This document shows, piece after piece, positions 1 through 13,782 of a stretch of DNA of 64,000 nucleotides. The stretch's first letter is position 1. Each line of letters starts with the position of its first letter. The notes beneath the pieces are model-generated. The model saw only the letters and a program-made list of their open reading frames with translations, was not told the origin of the DNA and did no database searches. Made by a program: the position numbers and the translations under genes. The stretch comes from Bugula neritina (lineage: Eukaryota > Animalia > Bryozoa). The stretch covers positions 525,751-589,750 of the forward strand of contig OZ037773.1 of assembly GCA_964035545.1 (NCBI GenBank), written 5' to 3'.

Positions 1-396
1 TTTCCTAAAAGAACAAATCATCATTTGAAAATATGAATCAATGTTTATGAATACCGACTATGTACATCTTATCCGAAAGCCTAGAATGATATAAAAATAA
101 CTGTGAAATACACATGCAAACAATAATCTGAGGCACAAGATATGTGCAAGTGAGAGTTACCCCCCCCTCCCTTAAGAGTGCCAATGGCGTACAGGTGAGT
201 CATAAGTGACAACTATGAGCAGCTGTTTTGTAGTAAATATTCCTACACTGCACAATCAATATAGTGCAACATGCAAGCGTGAACACAACTCCTAAACCAA
301 GTTCAGTCACCCGGAAAGACTCGTAATAAAGGCAACGTTTCGCACATTACTCCTGCATCTTCGAACATATCTAACTCAAAGTTGGTTGCACGAAGG

Positions 397-3300
397 TCAA
401 GGGCTGATACTTTTGTCAGACACACTCTCGCATGTCTGGGTGGTGCTAATTCTGTCGTATCTGTATTTGGGTGCCACCGGAGTAGATAGGATCTGAGATA
501 TCTCCGCTGGCATGAATGCCCATGGGACAGTCTTACTGCTAGAGAGACGACATCGCTTCCCACTTGGACAGAACACTTCATTTTTCACACCTTCAAGAAC
601 AAAGAGCATGTTTCATTATCGTATGGAGCTGAAAACTGTAAAGGTGGGCAACATATGAATGGAATTCATAAGATATCTCACTCCCATCATTAGTATTATT
701 TGAAAACTTCAACACACTGAATGTACATAAGCTTTAAATTTCTATCAACATCTTCAAAGATTACGCATGGTTTTATTACAGTCTATAAAGAGAAGACAAT
801 GGCACCAGAAAATCTACATTCACTGTAAATCTAAATCGGCTTAAAAATAATCCAATAATCCAGCCATCAAGTCTATTAAATTGCGACCAAATGAATTTCT
901 GTTGAATTTCCTGAAATGATATTTAACTTTAAGAGGAAAGATTTAATCATTCACCTCTACAGTTGCTAAAAGTATACTTCTATCATATTAACATATATAA
1001 TTATTATAAATTTATGTATTATTATAAATATATTATCATATTCAAATATATATTATAAAATTTAAACCTCAAATATAACTGAAAAAAATATTGTAGAAAA
1101 ATATACGTTCTGTGTTTCTTTTTTTTAACTACTAGAGATAAGACAGCAGACCTAGAAAGAGAAACTAGCAAAGTGAAACTACACAGATTCATTTCCTGTA
1201 ACTACTTTCACTTCATAGAGATGTTCACCTTGCTGTTTGATGCTGTCCTTTGAGCAGGGAAAGCAGAACTTGTGTTCCTGTACAGCCGGACACTGTACGA
1301 AATGAGTGTCTTCTAACTGAGAGCAACATAAGAAGCACTTCATCACGTCGTAGTTTGGCGGGGTGGTGCTCGACTGTCTCTGAATATTGTGAGGTGATCG
1401 CTAAAAGGTTCAAGTAAAACTGAGGCTATCAACGACGAAAATAAACTTGTAAAATTCTAACAACCCAAAGAGCAATAAAACCCTAATTTTTCCCAAGTTT
1501 GTTAATTAGTTTTTCCGAAGAAGTCATTTCAAATTCTATTTGCACACAAGCTTTAAATTTTCAGTTGAAGAGAAAAAGAGAAAATAGTAACAGAAATGCC
1601 ATCTTAAAAAAATTGAAGGAAATCAACCAACATTGATAATAGTTTAAAAAACACAACACTTAGTAAACCGAAATAGTCGTGTAGCTGTGGTAGTAGCACT
1701 AGTACTACTAATAGTAGCACTAGTAATACCAGCAGAACTACTACTAGTATTAGCACTACTACTATTAGTAGCGCTACTACTAGTAGTAGTGCTACTAATA
1801 CTAGTAGTAGAAGAGTAACTCACTTGAGGGGAAGAGCCAGTAATATTGGTTGGAGTGGGAGGTGCCAGTGAACTTGTGGAATTCACTGCAAAAATAAATT
1901 GAGTGTAACATTGTTAGTTAGCATGCATGAGTTACTAACACAATTGTAAAATACAGGGTGAGGCCACGCCCCACCCACACCGCTTGCCAAGTGCAGTGAA
2001 AGAATGAATCATAACAATTAGGCTATTGTACGTTCTATATAATACGTATGCATAGATAATCATACAATGAAGGTTCAAACTGTAAAGAAATTAGCTCAGA
2101 AACTGGAAAAGTTAAGGATACAGTTCAACAGGTAGAATTACACAAAAACTTTGAGACATAAAAATGCAAGTTTATCAAACAGATGTGAATATTTGTAATC
2201 GCATGATGAGGGGAGTATCTTTCAGTGGAAATGAATGGAATGTAAAATGATGACACAACTTCCAATAGCTGTGAATATACCCCAGTTAGACTTGAATATA
2301 CCCCAGTTAGACTTGAATATACGAAATCTCTGGTTAAAGCACATACTAAGAGGTTTAGACAAAGATTTTAAATCTCAGTATTTTAATGTTATGCAACGCA
2401 CAGAAACTATACATAAAGCATGAATCACAGTAAAGAATTAGCCCCTCCCTCTTGCAGTCAGTTGGCAGCGCTGACTCACCACCAGTTAGGTATGAGGAAG
2501 AAAGAATTTCTAGATATGCCTTTGCATAGCACAGTACTGACATATTTTTACATTAATTTATTTCTTCTTCAAATAGACTTAGATCAACAACTTACGTGGA
2601 CTTTTCATGGGGTGGTTGGTGGGACTGGGCATAGCTAAGGTCAGGCTGTTAGGTCGTCTCGCTGCTGGCGAATCAGCGTTTAGCCTCTTGGCAGGTGGGT
2701 GCCCCAAGATATCCGGCTCTGAGGGTAGTCTCCTCTTGGTGCTCATTGGAGAGGGGGGCATGTGTCTCGTGGTGTTGTTGTTGGAGTCTCCAAGGCCATT
2801 TGCTTTCGTCACTTCATTGGAGCCGTTGATAGTGAACTTCGGTAGAGTTGGGAAGTTGGGATCCACTCTGGGTATTGGCAGCAGCTCATCTTTTATTACC
2901 TCCTGCAACAAAAACTACTACGTTACCTGTGCTTCACTCCTTTATAGAATAACATAAACAATTCAAGTATTTCCCATTTCATATTGGGCTTCAATATCAC
3001 TTTACTTAATCATTTCTGGGCTGAAGTTAAGCTTTAGATATGTAAAGTTAAGCTCTAGGTGAGTCACTGCAGACTGTATAATGAATCACAATATCGCATT
3101 AATACTACATTAACAGTGAGCAAACCATGCACTGCTTGGGAACAGCTTTTAGTGTGTCTGCCACTGAACTGGTAAGGAGAGCCGCTAGTCACTATGACTC
3201 ATCTCAATGATTTTGATTCACTAATAGATCGAAGTAGTTTCATGTAGTGACATATATAGTCACAAATAGTGACAAATATTCACAGGTATTCACATGCAGT

Positions 3301-6300
3301 TACAGATAGTGACAGGTGGTCCCAGGTACTGACAGGTGGTCACAGATAGTGACAGGTGGTCACAGATAGTGACAGGTATTCAGGTGGTGCCAAGTGGTCA
3401 CAGGTACTGACAGGTGGTAACACATAGTGACAGGTAGATTACCTTGAAGGACCGCACATTCTCGGGGAGCAAGTCACCAATAAGCCGCCAGTCTCCTTTG
3501 TCTGGCTGCAGCTCGTACTCGAGATATTTGAACCCCGAAGAGAGTGGACGACTCATTTCCTTCAGAGAATTCTTGCACATCTGTTTGGCCACTCCAGACG
3601 CTGATGTGTAAACCTGAGAGAAAGTAATAGACTCGAGGGTAAATATATTGAAAATTAAATAAAGACTTTAAAAAATAATTGTACCAGGAAATAAAGCTGG
3701 CAAAGCCAAGCAAGTAACTATGTACATATATATATACAGTATATATATATGTATGTACGTAACATAATAACTGCATATATTTCTGTATATATGTATATGT
3801 ATGTGTATATGTTTAATAATAACAAAGAATTATAACTATAACAATATCTGTAGGAATATCTCAATATAATTACTATTCTTTCTCAAAATGGCATGACATA
3901 ACTTCCTCTCTTTTTACCCCCTCCCCCCACTCCCCTCATCTCCCCCTTCCCCACCATCATGGAGAGAGTTCAACCTAGCGTTACTTTCTCAACATATCAA
4001 CTGGAGTTGTCTACCGACACAATAACGGCAAACACTGTGTACGGAATGAAATTCTTGTGGTGGATTGTGTGATGCGTATCTTCCAGCTGCCACACCCAGC
4101 TAAATCTTAAAGAAAACCCAAGATTGAGAATTAATTATTCCCTTAGGGATTAGAGTGAGGTGGAAGTGTTTAACGGTGCAGAGTGATAAATTACAGACGA
4201 GTTGAGACTTGTCACACTGATAAAAGTTGGCACTGAGACAGTTAATTGTCAAAACTTGACTTTTAAAAACAATAATTTTCATAAAATAATGGAAGTTACC
4301 TTTAAATACGTAGAACAAAACTTAAACATAATGGCAGAATATTTAAGGTTTAGTGATTTTCTACCAACACTGCCTAGAAAAAAGCTGTTTATTTATTTTC
4401 GTGCAGTTTCCCAGACAAATTTTAATAGCCATGGTTATTAATCTACGTAGTTGCGTTCCTCTAGTCACTCACTCTATGTAATATAGCGCAGGTGCTTGCT
4501 GGTCACAGGGAAAATTGAATTTAAATAGAGACAAACTGCATCTTAAATTTGTGTCCGTACATAACACAAACTATATGAACAGCCCTGACTATAGAGTAGC
4601 AGTGACTTTGTGAACACTCGCTAAGACTAAGAATTTCACCTGACGTCAGGGAGCCAATAAGATTTGAGATAACATCTAACTATTCGGAAGGAATGCGATA
4701 CATAATTGAGTAGAATTTCTACATTTTAGATTACTTTAATGTTAAGGAGGCTGACTCATCTGATGCTTGTTCACAAATGGTTACCACAGCAACAGAAATA
4801 ACTTCATAAGAATTGTACATCCTTTTTCTTAACTGTTAGACTTACTTAATGAGACCTTGTTATTGCTTGTCACCATGTAACTTACTCTAGCAACCAGTTC
4901 CTAGTAGGTATTCTATATACTATACATATATACCTGGCCAGTTCCTAGGGGGTATTCTATATACTATACATATATACCTGGCCAGTTCCTAGGGGGTATT
5001 CTATATACTATACTTATATACCTGGCCAGTTCCTAGGGGGTATTCTATATACTATACTTATATACCTGGCCAGTTCCTAGGAGGTATTCTATATACTATA
5101 CTTATATACCTGGCCAGTTCCTAGGGGGTATTCTATATACTATACTTATATACCTGGCCAGTTCCTAGGGGGTATTCTATATACTATACATATATACCTG
5201 GCCAGTTCCTAGGGGGTATTCTATATACTATACTTATATACCTGGCCATTTCCTAGGGGATATTCTATATACTATACATATATACCTGGCCAGTTCCTAG
5301 GGGATATTCTATATACTATACATATATACCTGGCCAGTTCCTAGGGGGTATTCTATATACTATACATATATACCTGGCCAGTTCCAAGGGGGTATTCTAT
5401 ATACAGCTTCAGGTCATAGTCTGTTCCCGTCTTCAAACTGGCGTCAACAGCAAACACTCTGCCTCTCTCTGAGTGAGACTTCTTGAAGCGAACTTGAAAC
5501 GGAGTGCACATGGCCAGGGTCTGTAGCGCCTGCACCACGTGTGGAGGCTGCAGAGTTAAAGAGACAGTTTTATCATGCTTTCAGATGGCAGATTGTGTTA
5601 CAGCCATTATAGTACCACTAACAATGAGGTAAACCTTACAGAAACACAAAAAGGACACACCAGTAGATATACTGCAATCAAGTGTTGAAATACTATGAAC
5701 TGAATTTTGTGTCTTGAACTAAGAAAGTGGGTTAAATGCATAAAACCATCTTTATAAGTCAAGGTTACATTTTTCACCACTAAAGAGTTTTGTTTCATCA
5801 TCACAGCTATATAACATAATGCAGTCTGTGCACTCAGACTAGACACCAACCTTGCTAGTATAGTCTAAGTTCAGGGGTGTAGCCAGGGGTCTGTACTCCT
5901 CGATGGGGGTGCCAGGGGAGGATGAACCCTCACTGCGTGCTGCAGAAACATTAGAAGTGGGCTTAGGTTGCTGCGTCTGACCCCATGTTGTGGCGGCAGC
6001 GATACGAGCAGCTATCATACCTATAAAACATAAACATGATTGATTCTGGCCACTATCTGCAATGTGGGTAACTGCAACACTCCAGGGTTGTCTGCTCTTA
6101 TATGAAATGGAACGTGTTATACTGAATATGAATCAATATTCATTGTATGATATTGGGAGTTTCTCAAAGAAGTATTAGTCTATCAATACTATGTTATTAC
6201 TACTTTCTACAAACTTGTCATAATGCATACAGCTATAGCATTCATATGAACATGTTGCTATACAGACATCACCTATATTATTATATTGTAGATGGTTGTT

Positions 6301-9300
6301 TTAACGAACAAACAATTTACAATTCTTACATAAAGTCATATTTCATTCGATATCATATTACAATTTCAACCTGTCACAACTGGTAGAATCATAAAAAGCA
6401 GACAATGATAATAATTGAATACAAATTCCATCCATCTCATTATAATTATAGTAACAAAAGGTTCAGTCGGTGTGATCAGTATGAGTCATAATGACTGACA
6501 GAATTTGAATTAAACTGGAGTTATGAGGGTCAGGAGGAAACGCTGGGCTTCAATTTTCTTTATCTCTGACAGTAATCCATCACTGAGAATTATTTTCTTC
6601 TAACTTAATTACCATATGTTCACCAAGAGGCCTGGTTTCATCAATGAAATAATTACTGGGTTATTTCAGCTCTGTATATGAGTGATAATTAATAATCTGC
6701 CATCTAGTTCAGTTTCAAAGTTTGATAAGGCACTTACTCTAAACTGTAGGCAGAGATTTACAATAGAACTATAATGGGTAGATGATCAATTAATAAAATT
6801 GCTTTCCAAAAATATTAAGCTCACTTTTGAGCCTTGACAAGTATTGTAGCTGCAGTACTATGAAAAACCATCGTAAAGTACTAGCAAACTTGGGTTAGAT
6901 GAATTGTATGGCTTCTGTAGGTAAATAAGTTCTGAAGATCTACATAAGATAAAAACAATTTATCAAAAAAACCTTCCAAAAGATTTACCAAGCAGTTTCA
7001 GATATACCTTTTAAAATCAGAGCAGAGTGGTTGAAAAATACCATAAATTGAAATTTGGAGTTTTCGAAAATAATTTGAACCATGAAGTTCAGTTTCAGCC
7101 TGTTTAGGAAATTAGTGTTATTTGTGAGAGATGTGATTCCATGGTTTATAAAACCAAATTAGGTCAAAACAACAGCCAGTAGAGTGAGTCACGGTTAGAA
7201 AACAAACAGGAATGATTGAGTGGAATTCTAAAAGCTATTGTCAACATGCTTTGCTGATAAGTAAATACTAAAAAATATAACACAAAACATGATTCACATG
7301 TGAATGAGGAATTAACCTGTGTGCCTAGCACCAAGGTTACTTGTTTACGAGAGGTTAAGGTTGGGTGCCAACGCTGGGCACAGGAGTAACTGTTGCGTAA
7401 CCAAGCTGAGGGTATGATTTGTTTGTTTGAATTATGATAGTGCGAGATATTCCGGCATATCATGTACTGCACTAACCCCCATCTTGAACATGACTGACCG
7501 GGCTTTGAGTAACAATGAGCAGCAAACTAAGAGCTTGCTTGGCTAAAAAGTATTCCAACCCTAACTACCTCCTCTGTACTTTAGAGCTGCCAATTCTTGT
7601 GCAAAACTCATAGACTGAAAAGAGGAAATTATGTAAGCCCTTGTTTTTGACAGTATCAGAAAACTAAATTAACCTAAAATGATATAGTTTGGGCCAGAAA
7701 TAGAAATGGCAGTTTGCTAATTCATTACGAGTGGAGCGTAGGCGACATAACCACTTGACGTAAACAGAAAATCAGCAAACTAAATAACGTTTAACTTTCT
7801 AACAACCTTGGATTATGGAGGTCACGCTGGCAACATTTGCTGAAAAATAGCGCACACCTTTATTGAGAAGATGCTGGCGTATTGAAGCATAACTTCGGAA
7901 TGTTGAGAGGAAGAGGAAAGTAGTATATGGAATACTCCCCTACCCTGTGTCCCCTACTCTGTATCCCCTACCCTATATTCCCTACCCTATGTCCCCTACT
8001 CTGTATCCCCTACTCTGTGTCCCCTACTCTATGTCCCCTACTCTGTATCCCCTACCCTATATCCCCTACCCTATGTCCCCTACCCTATGTCCCCTACCCT
8101 GTATCCCTTACTCTGTGTCCCCTACCCTGTGTCCTCTACCCTGTGTCCCCTACCCTGTGTCCCCTACTCTGTGTCCCCTACCTTGTATCCCCTACCTTGT
8201 ATCCCCTACCCTGTATCCCCTACCCTGTGTCCCCTACCCTGTGTCCCCTACCCTGTATCCCCTACCCTGTGTCCCCTACCCTGTGTCCCCTACTCTGTGT
8301 TATCTATTCTGCCACATAAGCATAATAATAATGTGTTGGGCAGGTAAAAACAATTATCACAGCAGGTAAAATGTCTATTGATTGGACACTTCAGTCAACT
8401 GCTGGACAAAAAGTGGACCATGAATCATACAGATAACTTTCACAGCATCAATCACTAGCACAACCATCACTGCAACTACTAACACTATATAACTAGCACT
8501 ACCATCACTGCAACTACTAACACTATATAACTAGCACTACCATCACTGCAACTACTAACACTATATAACTAGCACTACCATCACTGTAACTACTAACACT
8601 ATATAACTAGCACTACCATCACTGCAACTACTAACACTATATCACTAGCACTACCATCACTGCAACTACTAACACTATATAACTAGCACTACCATCACTG
8701 CAACTACTAACACTATATCACTAGCACTACCATCACTGCAACTACTAACACTATATCACTAGCACTACCATCACTACAACTACTAACACTATATAACTAG
8801 CACTACCATCACTGCAACTACTAACACTATATCACTAGCACTACCATCACTGCAACTACTAACACTATATAACTAGCACTACCATCACTGCAACTACTAA
8901 CACTATAATCACTATACAATATACTAACACTATCACTTGTACTACCATCACTAGTACTAATATCGCTACTAACACCATGTCACTATATAACTGCAACAGT
9001 TTATAGACTTGTGTCAGGAAGTAGCAACTCTGTAATATCTTTAGCCAGTCAGTCAAATAGTAGAACTGAATCTCTTCATTCATGATTCAAACAGCCAGCA
9101 TAAAAACAGCTTCTGATGTCAGCTATTGGCATCAACACAAATTATACACACAGTATACACACAGTATACACACAGTATACACACACAGTATACACACAGT
9201 ATACACACAGTACACACACAGTATACACACACAGTACACACACAGTACACACACAGTATACACACAGTATACACACAGTATACACACAGTACACACACAG

Positions 9301-12300
9301 TACACACACAGTACACACACAGTACACACACAGTACACACACAGTATACACACAGTACACACACAGTATACACACAGTATACACACACAGTATACACACA
9401 GTATACACACAGTACACACACAGTATACACACACAGTACACACACAGTATACACACAGTACACACACAGTATACACACACAGTACACACACAGTATACAC
9501 ACAGTACACACACAGTATACACACACAGTACACACACAGTATACACACAGTACACACACAGTATACACACAGTACACACAGTATACACACAGTATACACA
9601 CAGTATACACACAGTATACATACAGTATACACACAGTATACACACAGTACACACACAGTATACACGCAGTATACACACAGTACACACTGCTGACCTAGTA
9701 TTACATCATCACACAAACTACTGGTGCACGGGTGAGCTATGGACAGTTAGTAAATCATTAAATAATGTAAACAGTTGTGAGGTCAATTTACCTTTAGATC
9801 TAGTTGGCAAACTGCCCAGCAAAGTTCACCTTGATTACGTGATTCAGTATTAGCATGAAAACATTGCAGTACAATGATTATAGTTACTGCTGATCCCCAT
9901 AAAACCAGGGGGGAGGGTGGAAGCCATTCTGAGTTAACATTGAGGCTACTTGTTGCTATAAGCTCAGCAAATGCCCATATATGAGTATCCAACAGCACAC
10001 TTCCTGTGTGAATCATAGCCTCTTTGAAATGAGACACAAAGGCAACCATATAGCAGGTGTAATGGCTCTACATCTCTCCTATATTCTCACTACTATGCCA
10101 CCCCAGTTCCAGGCTCCTTGAAATGCTGTCATGACATTACGTAATACTGCATAGTACTGACTCATTGATTTCTGCTACTGAAGGCACTTCTCAATATATT
10201 ATTATATTAAGAAAGCCTGTCGTCACACAGTCAACTGAGGTCTATTGGGGATGGTTTTCCAGCATCCCACCAAAAACCTGAAGATTCAACATCTCCGGCA
10301 GAATTGAAGAATGATTAGGAGGAACCGTTGCTGATTTGACACATCGGCAGCCTATAGCAGCAGCTAGGCAAGAGGGTGATTACGACATGGTACAAACTAC
10401 ACAGTCAACATAATTATATTAGCAGAAGTTTTCATTTACTCAATGAATATTCATATAGTAATGTGCCAGAGTGATGAGTTGGGTTGATCTTTGCTTTGGA
10501 TCCAGGGTCATGGCTGAGTTGTGATATGAGAATATAATTTCTTCTCAAAACTTTGGTGCCACAGGCTATGAATCCAACTCACCTTGGCCTTTCCATCATT
10601 TAAATAGAGAATTTTAATACTACTTGATAATTAAACTGTCTCTCTAATTGCTGTGATTATAGAATTAACTGAAGATTAGCTGCAGTCACATTTGTGTGAT
10701 ATTTGTCTATCATACTAGCTGCAGTCAGTAGGTGTGCTTTGCAGTAGAATGTAGAGGCTTTATTTTCCTCTTCATTAGTAGACAATAGACTGAGTATATG
10801 CATGAATAGAGCATGATTCATAGCCTAGTACATTCTATTAGCTGCAGGACAGTACTCAATCGGACAGGTGGATGTGAGTGAGTGAGTGAGTGAGTGAGTG
10901 AGTGAGTGAGTGAGTGAGTGGGTGAGTGACTGAGTGAGTGAGTGAATGAGTGTGTGAGTGACTAAGTGAGTGAGTGAGTGAGTGAGTGTGTGAGCAGGAG
11001 AGTAAGCGTGTGAGTTAGTGAGAGAAAGAGTGTGGGTGAGTGAGTAACTGAGCGAGAGGGCGAGTGTGTGAGTGACTAAGTGAGTGAGTGAGTGAGTGAG
11101 TGTGTGAGCAGGAGAGTAAGCGTGTGAGTTAGTGAGAGAAAGAGTGTGGGTGAGTGAGTAACTGAGCGAGAGGGCGAGTGTGTGAGTGAGTGAGCTAGTT
11201 GGTGAGTGGGTGTGGAGTTATTTTTTGTCAAAACCATTTCAAAAACTAAACAAATTTTTAATGTATATTCAAACTTCGCCATCTGAAAATAGAATCCCGC
11301 AATACTTGCACATATTTTAAATTATGCCCAAAAAGCTAGTAACAAAAAACAAAAAAACACTCATCACAAGGCACTGAACTAATATTCTTGCAACACGCCA
11401 TCAAAGGTGGAAGTGATTCAGACACCATTTCATCCCATCAACATACCAACTAGCCTTCCCAAAACAGGATGCTTTACATTGTATCACAAGCTATCTGCTA
11501 TTCTCTGGTATAACTAACAATACAAGGCTTCTGAGTAAACATCTTATCTGAAGACATTAGAGTTAGGAACTAGTAGCAGAGGAAATATCTGAAAACCAGC
11601 ACTGTAGCATCTCTAGAATTGCATAACCTAAACTTTTGGGGTATATTGCAACAAACATACATCACTGCATTGCAAGTCTATAAATATCTTCTTTTTACCT
11701 GCAGACTAATACTTGCATGGTTAGTAGTCATGCCCGGCAAGCCTAGATATCAAACAATCTTGCAGGTTGAGTGATGCATGTCAAAACTTTCATAGGAACA
11801 GGTTAGCCAACACCATCACTTCCTAATTAAAACTCAACTAGAAGAGAAGATCTAACTATAATATTATTTTAATTTTCAAAAAAAAGAGATAAACTTGGAT
11901 ATGTTGCAATTTTGTAAGTGTTTTACCACCTAGTGAACTTTAGATGGGATGTTGTATTTTTTATAACCCGTCACGCAGTTATAAAAACTAGAGTCAGAAA
12001 GAATTCCTTGTCAGAGTGCCAGTCATGTGGGGAACATCCTGTTTAGAGGAGAGCATGAACATTGAGCATATCTGATGAATCAACAGCATGGCTCACTACT
12101 CTATAGCCTTAGCTCACTACTCTATAGCCTTAGCTCACTACTCTGTAGCCTTAGCTCACTCCTCTGTAGCCTTAGCTCACTACTCTGTAGCCTTAGCTCA
12201 CTACTCTGTAGCCTTAGCTCACTCCTCTGTAGCCTTAGCTCACTATTCTGTAGCCTTAGCTCACTACTCTGTAGCCTTAGCTCACTACTCTATAGCCTTA

Positions 12301-13782
12301 GCTCACTACTCTATAACCTTAGCTCTTTACTACATAGCCCTAGCACCTGGTAAATATGGCCAATATTGAGTCTTTACTTAACCCCCCCTCCTGTTTTATA
12401 TACGTATATAGCTTAGACATAGCTCTGTTATGGGTTGGCGTACCAGCAGTCACACAGCCTGTGTCATTCTGTCTGAAGAATGGATATCATGTTCATAGAG
12501 AGTCAAGATTGGCCAATAAACAGACTTTATGTCTGGTTTCCAAAGAATTCAGACGCTAAGGTCAGAGTCTCACGAAGTCTGGAGTAAAATACAGGAGAAT
12601 TCCCCATCCCACCCTACTTTGCAGCCACTAAGGCGAAGAACTAAAACTCTCTGCAATAGAAAAGGTGTTCACCAGAGGTTAAATCTCTCTCACTCAAGTA
12701 GACTTCTACAGATATATTTCCTACAAGAGCTACAAAAGATGGTGGGAGAAGTTGTAGGAAAATGTTTTTTGTACTCTCGCTTTTCAGATGTGTGTTGATT
12801 GAAGTAAGGTATATCAACAATGCTATATTTCTTTGGATACTACCACATATGCCTTGTACATTCACACATCACCAATACTCACGTGGGCGGCCTTTCATAG
12901 CATTTCCATACGGAATCAATGCTTTGCCCAGTGTGATCGGTGGTTTTGCAGAGCCTGCATGCCAACTTGGGTGACTATTCAAATGATTCAGCAAAAGCAT
13001 GCTGACAACCTCGGTCACTCAGCATCATAATTGACAGCATTTGTGTCTCTTGCTGACAAGTTGAATTGCAAACATTTTATGCTATTATGTAGTAGGAACA
13101 TGTACCTTGACCACCTCATACCCATGTGTATGCCTATGACCACAAGCCAACTACATGAATTTAAAACCTTAAAAAATTAGCTTCTATATATGGTGAGTCA
13201 GAAAATAGTGGTATGGTACCAACCTTGTCGGTAAGCTAGACTGGCAGCAGGGGACATTAGTGATGCTGTTCCATTAGCTGCCCCTGAAGTCCCGGACAGC
13301 ATGGAATGTGCAGCTACTCCACCAAAACCTCTAGTGGCGGCAGCAAAGTCCATAAAGTTAGCTGGAGGAACTCCCGGGCTGGGCTTAGCCTCTCGGTGGA
13401 AGGGTAGGGCGGCTGGTGAAGGCATTGTGTCTTTGAGAAAGGACAACTCCTGTACATTGCTAGGTAGTTTGTCTTGTGGAGTCAATGGAGGCTTAGCAGG
13501 AGAGTGGGTCGAACTTTTGTATAAACGTCCTGCTGGTTTTGGGATTGAAGTGTCATTGGATAAGCATAGGTTAGATTTTATTTGTTTGACCTCCTCAATA
13601 ATAATGTCAATACGATCACTGCCTTCATAGTTGACGCATCCTCGGCATACAGTCTCCGAGAAATCTCTCAGTAGTGTCCATGGCATTCGTGGAAGGTCGC
13701 ACAAAAAACATTGTTCCCGGTTTGCTGGTTGGGCCAAAGTAGCTACTGCTCCTCTGGTTGACGAACTTTTATATGCTGACAT
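397..13782 (-). CDS. IRF2BP: Interferon regulatory factor 2-binding protein (IRF2BP1/2/L family, Drosophila Pits-like), 8 coding exons, about 602 aa
   Basis: Exons (minus): 13224-13782, 5851-6020, 5374-5547, 3443-3613, 2596-2902, 1824-1885, 1229-1400, 397-590. All introns are GT-AG with matching phases; 1809 nt in total. Motifs: N-terminal C4 zinc finger ([14 protein letters not shown]...[14 protein letters not shown]); middle domain (GRVFAVDA...[23 protein letters not shown]...[11 protein letters not shown]...[12 protein letters not shown]); C-terminal C3HC4 RING ([37 protein letters not shown]...VFCPSGKRC...VPWAFM). Confidence 0.95.
1680..1812. repeat. Degenerate (ACT/AGT)n trinucleotide tract
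   Basis: Runs of gtagtagcactagtactacta in IRF2BP intron 6, starting about 12 nt past the donor at 1823. Confidence 0.75.
3255..3436. repeat. Minisatellite, unit about 20 bp (cacagatagtgacaggtggt)
   Basis: Degenerate tandem copies abutting the IRF2BP exon 4 donor (3442). Confidence 0.8.
4893..5402. repeat. 44-bp minisatellite, about 11 copies, built from the IRF2BP exon 3 end plus its splice donor
   Basis: Unit tatacatatatacctggccagttcctagggggtattctatatac; period 44 (4921 to 4965). The terminal copy is the coding sequence IEYPLGTGQ|gtatat. Confidence 0.95.
7936..8300. repeat. 14-bp minisatellite (tgtcccctaccctg)n
   Basis: About 26 copies; accounts for ORFs 7927, 7947 and 8087. Confidence 0.95.
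8455..8990. repeat. 38-bp minisatellite (ctagcactaccatcactgcaactactaacactatataa)n
   Basis: About 12 near-perfect copies, decaying on the right. Confidence 0.95.
9142..9688. repeat. 11-bp minisatellite (acacacagtat)n
   Basis: About 50 copies; produces the [11 protein letters not shown] and CVYCVYTV ORFs in all six frames. Confidence 0.95.
10874..11210. repeat. (GAGT)n microsatellite with an internal block duplication
   Basis: gagtgagtgagt run. The block beginning gtgtgtgagcaggagagtaagcg and ending gagggcgagtgtgtgag occurs twice. Confidence 0.9.
12088..12345. repeat. 21-bp minisatellite (gctcactactctgtagcctta)n
   Basis: About 12 copies; accounts for ORFs 12075 and 12088. Confidence 0.95.

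Noticed and set aside
303-581. 92-aa ORF overlapping the last IRF2BP exon
   Set aside because: Alternative frame. The conserved RING end is in the 397-609 frame, and the splice phase selects that frame.
1225-1413. 62-aa ORF listed in the track
   Set aside because: Wrong frame. The real exon (1229-1400) reads ...[16 protein letters not shown] in another frame.
7927-9853. Pro/Cys/Tyr-rich and His/Thr-rich ORFs
   Set aside because: Translations of 14- and 11-bp minisatellites, open in several frames on both strands.
10190-10600. Possible Helitron 5' end and SINE core fragment
   Set aside because: Only vague resemblance; no hairpin/CTRR end, TSD or second copy seen.
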